Of a stretch of DNA of 32,000 nt, positions 1 through 14,022 are shown one piece after another (within the stretch, counting starts at the first letter, position 1; each line of letters opens with the position of its first letter). The notes beneath the pieces were generated by a model, which worked only from the letters and a program-made list of their open reading frames with translations, was not told the DNA's origin and did not search any database. Both the position numbers and the translations under genes were made by a program. This DNA comes from Pseudoalteromonas tetraodonis (lineage in GTDB: Bacteria > Pseudomonadota > Gammaproteobacteria > Enterobacterales > Alteromonadaceae), in contig NZ_CP011041.1 of assembly GCF_002310835.1 (NCBI RefSeq), forward strand, positions 1,470,001-1,502,000, read 5' to 3'.

Positions 1-1
1 A

Positions 2-394
2 ATGGAAGCCTACGATATGGTACAAGAGAACGTAGCGATTGTTGATGCAGTTAAAAACTCATGTGCCGTTGTGCATTCAGACTCAGACACGACCATTCAG
101 CGCTTAAATCAAGAAGCCGCAAAAGTAATGTACAGTGCAAACCAAAATGGTTTTGATATTTCTGAGCAGCATGCAATTAAGTGGATCACGGCTAATGCCG
201 CTAAATCACTCGGCATTGAAGATAAAACAGGCTCACTTGAAGCGGGTAAACAAGCTGATGTGGTTATTTGGAATCAAAGCCCATTTAGCGTTTACGCAAA
301 AGCTGAGCAAGTGTTTGTTGATGGCGCAAAAGTTTACGATAGAAACGATAGCGCATTCCAAGCACAAAGTGATTTTATGTTAGGTCAACAATAA
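2..394 (+). CDS. amidohydrolase family protein, C-terminal part (gene starts upstream of the window)
   Basis: The frame is open from the window edge. The C-terminal motif GKQADVVIWNQSPF...VFVDGAKV parallels the C-terminus of the next ORF (GKAADVVMWSNDPF...MFINGVEV) and is typical of metal-dependent amidohydrolases. Confidence 0.75.
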   Translation: MEAYDMVQENVAIVDAVKNSCAVVHSDSDTTIQRLNQEAAKVMYSANQNGFDISEQHAIKWITANAAKSLGIEDKTGSLEAGKQADVVIWNQSPFSVYAKAEQVFVDGAKVYDRNDSAFQAQSDFMLGQQ

Positions 395-406
395 GGAGCA
401 CCCAGA

Positions 407-1648
407 ATGAAAAAATTATCACGTTCGTTTTCGCTTTCTCTGGTTGCTGCAGGGTTACTAGCATCGGGTGCGGTGAGCGCTCAATCTCTTGCTATAATTA
501 ACGCAACACTGCATACATCCTCAGATCAAGGCGTATTAGAGTCTGCCAGCATCGTAATGAATGATGGCAAAATTACTGCAATCAATCCTAGCGATGTTAA
601 AGCAGATGAAATTATTGATGCCAAAGGTCAAATCGTTACCCCTGGTTTTATTGCCACTGTAAATCAACTTGGTTTAGTTGAAGTCGGTGCGGTTGCAGGC
701 TCTCGCGATGCGGGAGAAGAAAAAGCAGGTATTGATTTTGATGCAAGCTTGGCATTTAACCCTCGTTCAAGCCTAATCCCTTATGCACGTAAAGGCGGTG
801 TTACTCGCGATTTGATCACCCCGTACGGCGGTGACAGCATATTTGCAGGCCTTGCCAGTGTGGTGGATTTAAGCGGAAGCTTTGAAAGCGTAAACAAAAA
901 GCAAGCGGCATTAGTGGTTCATTTGGGTGAGCGTAGCAAAGGCTCTCGTGCATTTACGTTGCAAACACTGATCAATAAGCTAGATGATCACCAAACCAAA
1001 GCAATCAAAGAAGCTAAAAAAGACGATGCTAAGCCAAGTGCTGAAGATAAAATAATGGCTAAAGTACTAAAAGGCGATATGCCATTACTAATTAGTGTGT
1101 CGCGTGCATCGGATATTATTGAACTTATAAAAGTGAAACAGCAGTTTGGGGTAAATATTGTTCTTAATGGTGCGCAAGATGCCGTTGTAGTTAAAGATCG
1201 TATCGCAAAAGCGGGTATTCCTGTGATCATCAGTGCAATGGATAACTTACCAGGCAGTTTTGATTCATTACATGCAAGCCTAAATAATGCCGGCATACTA
1301 GAAAAAGCCGGTGTTAAAATACTTTTAACTGTGGGTGGCGATGCCAGTCATAATGTTTACCAGCTCCGCTATGATGCCGGTAACGCAGTGTCTTATGGTA
1401 TGAGCCAGCAAGGCGCATTAAAAGCGATGACTTCAAATGTGGCTGATGTATTTGGTATTAATGCTGGTAGCTTAGAAGTGGGTAAAGCCGCTGATGTTGT
1501 AATGTGGAGTAATGACCCGTTTGAGCTGAGCAGCCACGTAAATAAAATGTTTATTAATGGGGTTGAGGTAAGTACTGAATCTCGCCAAGATAAACTGCGT
1601 GAGCGCTATACAACAGAATCAAACATGCCACGTGCATACACTAAATAA
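407..1648 (+). CDS. secreted amidohydrolase family protein
   Basis: 413-aa ORF with an AGGAG Shine-Dalgarno sequence 7 nt upstream and an N-terminal signal peptide (MKKLSRSFSLSLVAAGLLASGAVSA/Q). It has an amidohydrolase-like C-terminus and is followed by a terminator. Confidence 0.8.
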   Translation: MKKLSRSFSLSLVAAGLLASGAVSAQSLAIINATLHTSSDQGVLESASIVMNDGKITAINPSDVKADEIIDAKGQIVTPGFIATVNQLGLVEVGAVAGSRDAGEEKAGIDFDASLAFNPRSSLIPYARKGGVTRDLITPYGGDSIFAGLASVVDLSGSFESVNKKQAALVVHLGERSKGSRAFTLQTLINKLDDHQTKAIKEAKKDDAKPSAEDKIMAKVLKGDMPLLISVSRASDIIELIKVKQQFGVNIVLNGAQDAVVVKDRIAKAGIPVIISAMDNLPGSFDSLHASLNNAGILEKAGVKILLTVGGDASHNVYQLRYDAGNAVSYGMSQQGALKAMTSNVADVFGINAGSLEVGKAADVVMWSNDPFELSSHVNKMFINGVEVSTESRQDKLRERYTTESNMPRAYTK

Positions 1649-1664
1649 ACTTGTTTAGTTGAAT

Positions 1665-1692
1665 AAAAAAGGCCGCATTAGCGGCCTTTTTT
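1665..1692 (+). terminator. rho-independent terminator after the amidohydrolase pair
   Basis: AAAAAA-GGCCGC-atta-GCGGCC-TTTTTT. Confidence 0.8.
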
Positions 1693-1760
1693 ATGAACAG
1701 CTTTTACTTATACCAATCCGCAAAGTAAACCACTTAAATAAACGAATTGGTATTAGGCAC

Positions 1761-1790
1761 AAAAAAAAGGCGCTCTTTGGAGCGCCTTTT
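1761..1790 (-). terminator. rho-independent terminator of icd
   Basis: On the minus strand: AAAAGGCGCTC-caaa-GAGCGCC followed by T8. Confidence 0.8.
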
Positions 1791-1806
1791 CATTCATTTA
1801 ATGGAT

Positions 1807-4110
<2,304 letters not shown>

Positions 4111-4482
4111 TTAATGTATGCAATGAGTAGTCTGTTAGGTGTTGGTACTCGTATAACCTAAACAAGGTAAGAATAATCACACCTGACGGACTAGTGTCTT
4201 TTATAACTAAAATTTATGTAAATCTAAACTAGCCATTAGGCTAAAGTAATTACGTTTTACAGGATAAAGAGTGTAACAAGCTTGGCTAAAAAGGGCTAGG
4301 ATTACGCGCCAAACGCCAGCAGTTAAACATCTAATAGTGAAATTATTGGGGTAGATAAAATAAAATCAAGGAGTGGGGTTGAATTAACGAACAATGAAGC
4401 AATTAATATGGAAGTGGTTAGGGGTTTTAGGGAATTAAGCGAGGATCTAAATAGGTCGCTCGCTTTAGTCTCATATTTACAA

Positions 4483-4701
4483 TCACTCTAAAATATCGCC
4501 GTTAGGGGCTATATTAGTAGCGTGTAGACCTTTAGGGCCTTGTTGTAATTCGAAGGTAACATCTTGACCAGCTTTAAGCGTCTTGTATCCGTCCATTACA
4601 ATAGTGGAGTAATGAGCAAAAATGTCGTTCTCGCAACCGTCTTCTACGATGAAACCAAAACCTTTGGCGTTGTTGAACCATTTGACTTTACCACAAGCCA
4701 T
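4483..4701 (-). CDS. cspD: cold-shock-domain protein CspD
   Basis: 72 aa with KVKWFNNAKGFGFI...DIFAHYS motifs. It is divergent from clpS, as in enterobacterial synteny. Confidence 0.9.
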   Translation of the reverse strand: MACGKVKWFNNAKGFGFIVEDGCENDIFAHYSTIVMDGYKTLKAGQDVTFELQQGPKGLHATNIAPNGDILE

Positions 4702-4901
4702 ACTTCTACATCCTTCTATAAGTTGACTAATTTAGTTATCCTAAACTGTATTGTTTGCTAGACTGACTAAGGTTTAATCAATCACCATTTGACTGTAGTT
4801 TATTTAAGCAACCAGTCAAGTGTTTTGGGTTATTTTTTAACATTTTATTTATTTTTTTATTCAAGTTTGCTTGAGTTACAAAGACAAGACTATATTTAAT
4901 T

Positions 4902-5219
4902 ATGAGTGGTATGAAAGATTCTGGTGTTATCGACACCGTTCGCGATAGTGAAAAGCAAAAGTTGCAGCCACCGCGAAAATATAAAGTTGTGTTAAACAAC
5001 GATGATTACACGCCGATGGATTTTGTAATTGAGATCTTGATGACGTTTTTTAATATGGATAGCGATAGAGCAACTGATGTGATGCTGCAAATACATCAGC
5101 AAGGTAAGGGCATTTGTGGTGTTTACAGCGCCGATGTAGCACATACCAAGGCTGAGCAAGTTAACCGCTACTCAAGGGATAACGAGCATCCACTGCTATG
5201 TAGTTGTGAGCAGGAATAA
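4902..5219 (+). CDS. clpS: ATP-dependent Clp protease adaptor ClpS
   Basis: [24 protein letters not shown]...[12 protein letters not shown] closely matches ClpS, and the gene lies directly upstream of clpA. Confidence 0.95.
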   Translation: MSGMKDSGVIDTVRDSEKQKLQPPRKYKVVLNNDDYTPMDFVIEILMTFFNMDSDRATDVMLQIHQQGKGICGVYSADVAHTKAEQVNRYSRDNEHPLLCSCEQE

Positions 5220-5287
5220 ATACCACAAAGGTGAACTTTCATCTTTGAAGTGCGGTATAAAATTATTATCTCTGTAAGGGGTTGCCA

Positions 5288-7549
5288 ATGCTAAATAAAG
5301 ACTTAGAACTAACTTTGAACACCGCGTTTCGTGAAGCGCGTACACGTCGTCATGAGTTTATGACCGTAGAGCATCTTTTATTAGCTCTACTCGATAATCC
5401 ATCAGCTGGAGAAGCGCTTAATGCGTGTGGTGTTGACATTTCTGGATTAAAAACAGAGTTACTTGAATTTATTGATGAAACCACACCGGTTATTCCTGAT
5501 TTAGAAGAAGAACGCGAAACTCAACCAACGCTTGGTTTTCAGCGTGTATTACAGCGCGCAGTATTTCATGTGCAATCTTCGGGAAAAAATGAAGTGACTG
5601 GTGTAAATGTGCTGGTGGCTATTTTTTCTGAGCAAGAAAGCCAAGCAGTTTATTTACTTAAAAAGAATGATATTTCTCGCCTTGATATTGTTAATTTTAT
5701 TTCTCATGGGATTGCCAAAGGTGACGACGAATTAGGCGATGACACTGACGATATACATGAAGAAGTGCAAGAAGTTGCCAGTGAAGAAGCGAGTAAGCTC
5801 GACAGCTTTACAACTAACCTTAATATACACGCTAAAGAGGGTAATATTGACCCGCTTGTTGGCCGTGACAGTGAAGTAGAGCGCACAGTGCAAGTGCTGT
5901 GTCGTCGTAAAAAGAATAACCCATTATTGGTTGGTGAAGCCGGCGTGGGTAAAACAGCCATCGCTGAGGGTTTAGCGTATCGAATTGTTAACGAACAAGT
6001 GCCTGAAGTTATTGCTGATGCGGTTGTTTACTCATTAGATATGGGCGCTTTGCTTGCCGGTACTAAATACCGAGGCGATTTTGAGAAGCGCTTTAAAAGC
6101 TTATTAAAAGAGCTGCAAGCTAAACCAGGCTCTATTTTATTTATAGATGAAATTCATACCATTATCGGTGCAGGTGCTGCATCGGGTGGGGTAATGGATG
6201 CCTCAAACTTAATTAAACCGCTACTTTCCAGTGGACAATTACGGTGTATGGGTTCTACCACCTATGGTGAGTACAAAAATATTTTTGAGAAAGACCGTGC
6301 CTTGGTACGTCGCTTTCAAAAAATTGATGTGCTTGAGCCCAGTGTGGAAGACACCACTAAAATTCTTAACGGCTTAAAAGAGCGTTATGAAGCACACCAT
6401 GGTATTCGTTACACGCAAAAAGCGTTGAAGGCGGCAGCCGAGCTTAGCGCTAAGTACATTAACGAACGTCATCTGCCTGATAAAGCGATTGATGTTATTG
6501 ATGAAGCGGGTGCAAGCCAACGCTTGTTACCTACCTCTAAACGTAAAAAAACGATTGGTGTTTCTGATATCGAGCTGATTGTGTCAAAAATGGCGCGTAT
6601 CCCGCCACAAAATGTATCATCGTCTGATAAAGAAACGCTGAAAAACTTAGACCGTAACTTAAAAATGTTAGTGTTTGGGCAAGATCAGTCTATTGATGCA
6701 TTAACTTCTGCCATTCGTTTGTCGCGTTCAGGTTTAGCGAATGAGAACAAACCGGTTGGTTCGTTCTTATTTGCAGGCCCAACCGGGGTCGGTAAAACTG
6801 AGGTTACCAAGCAACTAGCTAAGTGTATGGGCGTTGAGTTTATTCGTTTTGATATGTCTGAATATGTTGAGCGCCATGCAGTGAGCCGTTTAATTGGTGC
6901 GCCTCCGGGTTATGTTGGTTTTGAACAAGGCGGCTTACTAACAGAAGCGGTCATTAAAAATCCACACGCTGTTGTACTTTTGGATGAGATTGAAAAAGCC
7001 CATCCAGATATCTACAACATTTTATTGCAAGTTATGGATCACGGTACGCTAACTGATAATAATGGTCGTAAAGCCGACTTTAGAAACGTCGTAGTCGTGA
7101 TGACCACTAATGCCGGCGTGCAAGAAACCACACGTAAGTCGATTGGCTTTAGTGAGCAAGACCATACGCACGATGCAATGGGTGAAATTAATAAAGTATT
7201 TTCACCAGAATTTAGAAACCGCTTAGATAACATTATTTGGTTTAATCACCTTGATAAAGAAGTTATTTTACAAGTGGTTGATAAGTTTGTTGTGGAGCTT
7301 CAAGCGCAACTAGACAAGAAATCAGTTAATCTTGAGCTGACGTCTAAAGCACGTGAATGGTTGGCTGACAAAGGCTATGACAAAGCAATGGGCGCACGCC
7401 CTATGGCACGTGTTATTCAGGAAGACCTTAAAAAGCAATTAGCAAACGAAATACTGTTTGGCGAGCTAATCTCTGGCGGTACAGTAAAAGTATCGGTTAA
7501 AGATAAAAAGCTGCGTTTTGATTACGAGAGTGACTTAACGCCAGCCTAA
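5288..7549 (+). CDS. clpA: ATP-dependent Clp protease ATP-binding subunit ClpA
   Basis: Two AAA+ modules ([16 protein letters not shown]) and a ClpA-type N-domain. I prefer the ATG at 5288, which has AAGGGG 6 nt upstream, over the TTG at 5282. Confidence 0.95.
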   Translation: MLNKDLELTLNTAFREARTRRHEFMTVEHLLLALLDNPSAGEALNACGVDISGLKTELLEFIDETTPVIPDLEEERETQPTLGFQRVLQRAVFHVQSSGKNEVTGVNVLVAIFSEQESQAVYLLKKNDISRLDIVNFISHGIAKGDDELGDDTDDIHEEVQEVASEEASKLDSFTTNLNIHAKEGNIDPLVGRDSEVERTVQVLCRRKKNNPLLVGEAGVGKTAIAEGLAYRIVNEQVPEVIADAVVYSLDMGALLAGTKYRGDFEKRFKSLLKELQAKPGSILFIDEIHTIIGAGAASGGVMDASNLIKPLLSSGQLRCMGSTTYGEYKNIFEKDRALVRRFQKIDVLEPSVEDTTKILNGLKERYEAHHGIRYTQKALKAAAELSAKYINERHLPDKAIDVIDEAGASQRLLPTSKRKKTIGVSDIELIVSKMARIPPQNVSSSDKETLKNLDRNLKMLVFGQDQSIDALTSAIRLSRSGLANENKPVGSFLFAGPTGVGKTEVTKQLAKCMGVEFIRFDMSEYVERHAVSRLIGAPPGYVGFEQGGLLTEAVIKNPHAVVLLDEIEKAHPDIYNILLQVMDHGTLTDNNGRKADFRNVVVVMTTNAGVQETTRKSIGFSEQDHTHDAMGEINKVFSPEFRNRLDNIIWFNHLDKEVILQVVDKFVVELQAQLDKKSVNLELTSKAREWLADKGYDKAMGARPMARVIQEDLKKQLANEILFGELISGGTVKVSVKDKKLRFDYESDLTPA

Positions 7550-7570
7550 CCTATAAAAGTTAGCAATTTA

Positions 7571-7598
7571 AAAAGCCTGCTTTATGCAGGCTTTTTTA
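7571..7598 (+). terminator. rho-independent terminator of clpA
   Basis: AAAA-AGCCTGC-tttat-GCAGGCT-TTTTT. Confidence 0.8.
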
Positions 7599-7616
7599 TT
7601 TGCCAAAGAAATAGAC

Positions 7617-7650
7617 AACAAAAAACCCAGCAAAGGCTGGGTTTTTTGTT
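7617..7650. terminator. bidirectional hairpin terminator (serves infA on the minus strand)
   Basis: A-run, then CCCAGC-aaag-GCTGGG, then a T-run. Flanking A and T tracts allow function in both directions. Confidence 0.65.
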
Positions 7651-7750
7651 TATTAAATGTAATTACTGGCGAGTATCCATTAATTACATTTAATAAACGC
7701 TTAAAGCTAGTTTTCACTAGCCAAAAACTAAATCTCGTTTACGCACTTAC

Positions 7751-7987
<237 letters not shown>

Positions 7988-8059
7988 TTAATAGTTAAAC
8001 GCTGCAGATTTTGCCCAAAATACGCCAATAAGTAAAGGCGCAGGGGCTATTTTTGTAAA

Positions 8060-8764
8060 TTAAATAGCCAGCCACTGGTCATTGCACTGTTTTTGAGCAG
8101 GTAAAAACTGCGTTTTATAGTTCATTTTGTCGCATTCATCTATTTGATAGCCTAAATAAACAAATTGTTTTTGTTGCAGTTTAGCAAATTTAAGTTGCTG
8201 TAATATCATCACAGTGCCTAAACTAAAGTGCTCATAGTCAGGGTCAAAAAATGTATAAATTGCCGAAATAGCATTGTCCATACAATCAGTTACAGCAACA
8301 GCCACTAAGTTTTCTTGATCCCAAAGCTCTATAAAGGTAATGGTTAACCAGCTACAAAACAAAAAGCTTTGAAATTGTGATTTATCAGGTGGATACATAC
8401 TACCGTCTTGGTGGCGCAAGCTAATGTATTTACTGTAAAGTGGATAGTATTGTTCGCGTTCAACTTGAGAATATTTTACCTCAAAGCGGTTTTTTGCTTT
8501 GTTAAGTTTACGTTTTTGCGATTTTGTCGGCATAAACTCATCAGCTAAAACGCGCACAGAACCACACGCGCTGCAAATAGGGCAGTGCGGACGGTAAATT
8601 TGGTTACCACTGCGACGAAAGCCTAATGCTAACAATGACTCAAATTTAGTACTACTGTAACAACTCGGATCGAGTATGACCAACAGTTGCTCTTGGCGGT
8701 TAGGTAAATAACTGCATTCAAATGGTTGGCTTAGGCCAATACGAGCGGGAAGTTGTTCATTCAT
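8060..8764 (-). CDS. bpt: arginyltransferase-family Asp/Glu leucyltransferase (Bpt/Ate)
   Basis: 234 aa with CSYLP...CPxCxxC and an Ate-like C-terminal domain. It overlaps the aat stop by 8 nt. Confidence 0.85.
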   Translation of the reverse strand: MNEQLPARIGLSQPFECSYLPNRQEQLLVILDPSCYSSTKFESLLALGFRRSGNQIYRPHCPICSACGSVRVLADEFMPTKSQKRKLNKAKNRFEVKYSQVEREQYYPLYSKYISLRHQDGSMYPPDKSQFQSFLFCSWLTITFIELWDQENLVAVAVTDCMDNAISAIYTFFDPDYEHFSLGTVMILQQLKFAKLQQKQFVYLGYQIDECDKMNYKTQFLPAQKQCNDQWLAI

Positions 8765-9473
8765 AAATCGCTAATAGCTCCTGTGGTTGCCACATGCTGT
8801 CAGGTGGGGTGTAACATTGTGCTTTATTAAGTTTAGTTAAAAATTCTTCACGTGGAATAACGCTAGCACCTAACGACATTAAATAAGGATTTTCTAATTG
8901 GCAATCAATAAAATGCGCATTATGGCGTTTAAGCAAATTAACCAGCGCCCACATAGCCAGTTTGGAGCAATTTGTTTGATGATGAAACATTGATTCACCA
9001 CAAAAAACACCGGTTTGCATGATGCCATATAAGCCACCTGCAAGCTCTCCCTCGCGCCAAACCTCTAAACTATGAGCAATCCCATGGTGATGAGCTTTAA
9101 TGTACGCCTGTTGCATTTGCGGGGTGATCCAGGTGCCATCGGTATCAATACGCTGGTCGCGACATGCTTCTATCACTTCTTCAAAGGCATGGTTTATGGT
9201 TACGGTGACCGGGTGCTTTTTTAAATGTTTTCGTAGGCTTTTACTAACATGAAAGTCATTGAGCTCAACAATACCGCGCTCACTAGGCGACCACCACATA
9301 ATTGGCTCGTGCTCACTAAACCACGGAAAAATACCTTGGCTGTAGGCATTTTTTAATCGCGTTACCGATAAGCATCCACCAATGGCAAGTAAACCATCGG
9401 GATCATCTAATGCATGGTTGGGATCAGGAAAAGCAAAGTGGCTTTGAGCGAGTTGATAGAGTTGTTTAGTCAT
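8757..9473 (-). CDS. aat: leucyl/phenylalanyl-tRNA--protein transferase
   Basis: 238 aa with ...GLLAIGG...GIFPWF...WWSP...GESMF motifs of L/F-transferase. Confidence 0.92.
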   Translation of the reverse strand: MTKQLYQLAQSHFAFPDPNHALDDPDGLLAIGGCLSVTRLKNAYSQGIFPWFSEHEPIMWWSPSERGIVELNDFHVSKSLRKHLKKHPVTVTINHAFEEVIEACRDQRIDTDGTWITPQMQQAYIKAHHHGIAHSLEVWREGELAGGLYGIMQTGVFCGESMFHHQTNCSKLAMWALVNLLKRHNAHFIDCQLENPYLMSLGASVIPREEFLTKLNKAQCYTPPDSMWQPQELLAIYE

Positions 9474-9593
9474 AACACCGATTGAATAACTGCATGGTCA
9501 AGATAAAGTGTAACCTGTTGCTTTAAAATCACAAACCACAAATTATTGTGTCACTGCATAGGACTTACTTTCTAAGCGCTATTTTTGTTAGGC

Positions 9594-9623
9594 AAAAAAA
9601 AGCGCGTTTAAAACGCGCTTTTA
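9594..9623 (-). terminator. rho-independent terminator of acnB
   Basis: Perfect palindrome AGCGCGTTT/AAACGCGCT. On the minus strand it is followed by T8. Confidence 0.8.
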
Positions 9624-9655
9624 ATTATTAGCTTAAAAAGTGTTAACTAATCGGA

Positions 9656-12469
9656 TTAGCTAACCACTTTTACAGGTACTGCTTGTCCAGCGTTAAACTT
9701 AGTTGTCATTGCTTCTTCAACAGGTGTAAACGAGGTAAGGTCAATACCTTCAACCGCAGACTTATACTCTTCGATAGTCGGGAAACGACCAAGTACAGTA
9801 GAAAGTACTACAACCGGCGTAGAACCTAGTAGTGACTCACCTTTTTTCTCAGATGTATCGGCTACTACACGGCCTTGGAACAGACGAGTTGATGTTGCGA
9901 TAACAGTGTCACCAGGTTCTGCTTTTTCTTGGTTACCCATACATAAGTTACAACCAGGGCGTTCTAGGTATAGGATATTTTCATACTTAGTACGTGCCGC
10001 TGTTTTTGGTTTTTCATCGTCAAATTCAAAACCAGCGTATTTAGCAAGAATATCCCAGTCGCCTTCCGCTTTAAGCTCATCAACAATGTTGTATGTTGGT
10101 GGCGCAACAACTAATGGTGCTTTGAATGAGATAGAACCGTTTTTCTTCTCAAGGTTACGTAGCATGTGAGCAATAATTTTCATATCGCCTTTGTGAACCA
10201 TACACGAACCAACGAAACCTAAATCAACAGGTTTGTCGTTGTAAAAAGAAACAGGGCGGATCACATCGTGAGTATAACGCTTAGAAACATCATCGTTGTT
10301 CACGTCTGGATCGGCAATCATTGGCTCAACGATTTGGTCCAAATCAACCACAACTTCTGCGTGGTATTTAGCGTTGTCGTCTGGAGAAAGTGCTGGCTCT
10401 TCACCAGATTGAATACCTGCAATACGTTTGTCAGCTAAGTCGATTAGACCTTGTAGCGTTTGCGCTTCGTTATCCATACCTTTGTTGATCATGATTTGGA
10501 TACGTGATTTAGCAAGTTCAATTGACTTAATTAGCGTTTCATCATTTGAAATACAGATTGACGCTTTCGCTTTCATTTCTGCAGTCCAGTCAGTGAAAGT
10601 AAACGCTTGGTCAGCCATTAGGGTACCAATATGCACTTCAATGATACGACCTTGGAACACGTTTTCGCCGCCAAACTGCTTAAGCATTTGCGCTTGCGTT
10701 GCATGTACAACATCGCGGAAATCCATGTGCTTAGCCATTTTGCCTTTAAACGTCACTTTAACTGAATCAGGAATCGGCATCGCAGATTCACCGGTTGCAA
10801 GTGCAACAGCAACAGTACCTGAATCGGCACCAAAGGCAACGCCTTTAGACATACGTGTATGCGAGTCACCACCGATGATGATAGCGCGATCATCAATTGT
10901 AATGTCGTTCAATACTTTGTGAATAACGTCAGTCATTGCATGGTAAACGCCTTTCGGGTCACGTGCAGTGATCAAACCAAACTTATTCATAAACGCCATT
11001 AGTTTAGGAATGTTAGCTTGCGCTTTACTATCCCATACTGATGCAGTGTGACAACCAGACTGATATGCACCATCAACAAGTGGTGAAATCGTTGAAGCCG
11101 CCATGGCTTCTAATTCTTGTGCTGTCATTGGACCCGTTGTATCTTGCGAACCAACGATGTTCACTTTAACGCGAACATTTGAGCCTGCGTGAAGTGGCGT
11201 ATCTGATAGTACACCTACCGCATTACGGTTAAAGATTTTTTCAACCGCTGTTAAGCCTTGGCCTTCATGTGAAATTTCTTTTGAAGGTGCATACACAAGA
11301 GGAGTTTCAATGCCGAGCGTTTCAGCAGCAAACGTTTGTAGTTTCTTACCAAATACTACAGCGTATGAACCACCAGCTTTCATGAATTCAACTTTTTGCG
11401 GTGTGAACGCTGATGATACATCAACCAGTTCTTTATCACCGTTATAAAGCTTTTTCTCTTTTGTATTGATTGTTAATACAGTACCTGTGGCAACTGAATA
11501 AGCTTCTTCAAGCACTGCATCGCCATTTTCATCAGTTACAGTATTGCCGTCTGCATCTACTTTCTTAACCCAGTTTTTAAGATCAAGACCAATACCGCCG
11601 GTTACATCAACCGTCGTTAAGAAGATTGGTGCGATACCATTAGTACCTGCAACAACAGGTGCAATGTTGATGAAAGGAACGTATGGACTTGCTTGTTTAC
11701 CCGCCCAAAGTGCAACGTTATTTACACCAGACATACGAGATGAACCAACGCCCATGGTGCCTTTTTCAGCAATAAGCATTACTTTAGCATTAGGGTGTTT
11801 CTTTTGAAGTTCAACGATTTCTTGTTGTGCTTCTTCAGTGATCATACACTTACCGTGTAATTCACGGTCAGCACGTGAGTGGGCTTGGTTACCTGGAGAC
11901 AGTAAATCAGTTGAGATGTCGCCTTCACCAGCAATGTAAGTTACTACTTCGATTTTTTCTTCGATGTCAGGTAGTTTTGTGAAGAATTCAGCTTTTGAGA
12001 AACTCTCTAGTAATTCTTTAGCAATTGCGTTACCTGCTTCGTAGGCCGCTTTTATGCGCTCCATATCAGCATCGTATAAGAATACCTGAGTTTTAAGTAC
12101 TTCAGCCGCTTGTGCTGCGATTGCTGCGTCATCACCAAATGCTAAATCAATTAGCATTTCAATTGACGGGCCGCCTTTCATGTGTGAAAGCAGTTCAAAT
12201 GCAAATTCTGGAGTGATCTCTGCAACGTGCTCTTCACCTAAAATGATTTCTTTTAGAAACTGTGCTTTAACGCCCGCAGCACTAGTTGTTCCAGGTAAAG
12301 TATTATAAATAAAGAAATGCAGTGAATCTTTACGGTGCTCGTTATTAGTATCTTTAATTTGATTAATTATTTCTGATACTAGTTCAGCGCTATCGATTGG
12401 TTGTGGGCTTAATCCAAGCTCCGTTTTACGGGTTTGGATTTCTTCCATATATTTTGTATACAAACTCAT
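9656..12469 (-). CDS. acnB: aconitate hydratase B family (aconitase 2 / 2-methylisocitrate dehydratase), long 937-aa form
   Basis: AcnB architecture: an N-terminal HEAT-like region, then swivel and catalytic domains. Motifs include GSQDTTGPMT, GGDSHTR and GCNLCMGNQ. Confidence 0.88.
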   Translation of the reverse strand: MSLYTKYMEEIQTRKTELGLSPQPIDSAELVSEIINQIKDTNNEHRKDSLHFFIYNTLPGTTSAAGVKAQFLKEIILGEEHVAEITPEFAFELLSHMKGGPSIEMLIDLAFGDDAAIAAQAAEVLKTQVFLYDADMERIKAAYEAGNAIAKELLESFSKAEFFTKLPDIEEKIEVVTYIAGEGDISTDLLSPGNQAHSRADRELHGKCMITEEAQQEIVELQKKHPNAKVMLIAEKGTMGVGSSRMSGVNNVALWAGKQASPYVPFINIAPVVAGTNGIAPIFLTTVDVTGGIGLDLKNWVKKVDADGNTVTDENGDAVLEEAYSVATGTVLTINTKEKKLYNGDKELVDVSSAFTPQKVEFMKAGGSYAVVFGKKLQTFAAETLGIETPLVYAPSKEISHEGQGLTAVEKIFNRNAVGVLSDTPLHAGSNVRVKVNIVGSQDTTGPMTAQELEAMAASTISPLVDGAYQSGCHTASVWDSKAQANIPKLMAFMNKFGLITARDPKGVYHAMTDVIHKVLNDITIDDRAIIIGGDSHTRMSKGVAFGADSGTVAVALATGESAMPIPDSVKVTFKGKMAKHMDFRDVVHATQAQMLKQFGGENVFQGRIIEVHIGTLMADQAFTFTDWTAEMKAKASICISNDETLIKSIELAKSRIQIMINKGMDNEAQTLQGLIDLADKRIAGIQSGEEPALSPDDNAKYHAEVVVDLDQIVEPMIADPDVNNDDVSKRYTHDVIRPVSFYNDKPVDLGFVGSCMVHKGDMKIIAHMLRNLEKKNGSISFKAPLVVAPPTYNIVDELKAEGDWDILAKYAGFEFDDEKPKTAARTKYENILYLERPGCNLCMGNQEKAEPGDTVIATSTRLFQGRVVADTSEKKGESLLGSTPVVVLSTVLGRFPTIEEYKSAVEGIDLTSFTPVEEAMTTKFNAGQAVPVKVVS

Positions 12470-12750
12470 AGAAAACTCTCGGTAATTTACTTGATATGAA
12501 GTTTAGCATTTTAACTGATTTTACAGTTTCTAGTAATGCCTAAATGAATAAAGCTTTTATTCCTGACGATAATTATAGCTAGTTTTACTTATATAATTTG
12601 ACGGTATTTGTTGCTCACCCTTAGATCCTATCGTACCTAAGCCATTAATTGTATAAATACGATTGATTTTCAGTATAAATTTTGTGAATGTTTATACGGC
12701 TGCAATGAGTACTTTTCGGTGTTGGATGAGCCTTTATAATTTTTGGCCAC

Positions 12751-12776
12751 AAAAAAAGGGCTGAAAATTCAGCCCT
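12751..12776 (-). terminator. rho-independent terminator of trxB
   Basis: On the minus strand: GGGCTGA-attt-TCAGCCC followed by T7. Confidence 0.8.
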
Positions 12777-12795
12777 TACTATATGTTATGAAAAC

Positions 12796-13755
<960 letters not shown>

Positions 13756-14022
13756 CTAAACGTTTAATACGGTTTTAATGCGCCCGATTCTAAGAAAAAC
13801 AAGCAGGAAGTAAATAAAAGATGAGATTATTTTTTTTCGTAAATTCCGAAGCTGTTCATTAATGTGTACTAGCAAATGACTTACAAGCAGTGCTCGACTA
13901 ATAAATAGACTGTTAGCTAATAAAACGACGTTAATTCATGACCAGCCTGATTTTTTTTGTTATCTTTTAACTAATTTTGATTTGTCACTGCTTAATTATG
14001 TGACCTAAGTGAATAGGCAACT

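Noticed and set aside
988-1296. Antisense or alternative-frame ORFs nested in conserved genes. They are 135-383, 988-1296, 1841-2056, 3453-3647, 5704-5961, 7039-7233, 9906-10169, 10428-10922, 11544-11807, 13038-13295, 14910-15263, 15586-16163, 17855-18530, 18687-19028, 19604-20125, 20156-20428, 20874-21233, 21859-22086 and 22384-22791.
   Set aside because: Each lies inside a gene with strong, recognisable homology on the other frame or strand. Their compositions are low-complexity (Ser/Leu/Cys-rich), which is typical of shadow ORFs.
4778-4999. A 73-aa ORF on the minus strand in the cspD-clpS divergent promoter region, and the 65-aa ORF at 4564-4761.
   Set aside because: They overlap the clpS start or the cspD body. 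They have no ribosome-binding site, and their sequence is odd and AT-driven.
7550-7750. A tRNA-Ser (serW) was expected between clpA and infA by analogy with E. coli.
   Set aside because: This interval holds only three hairpins: two terminators and a 13-bp AT-rich palindrome at about 7653-7693. I found no cloverleaf-compatible sequence, no T-loop (GTTCGAATC-like) and no CCA context.
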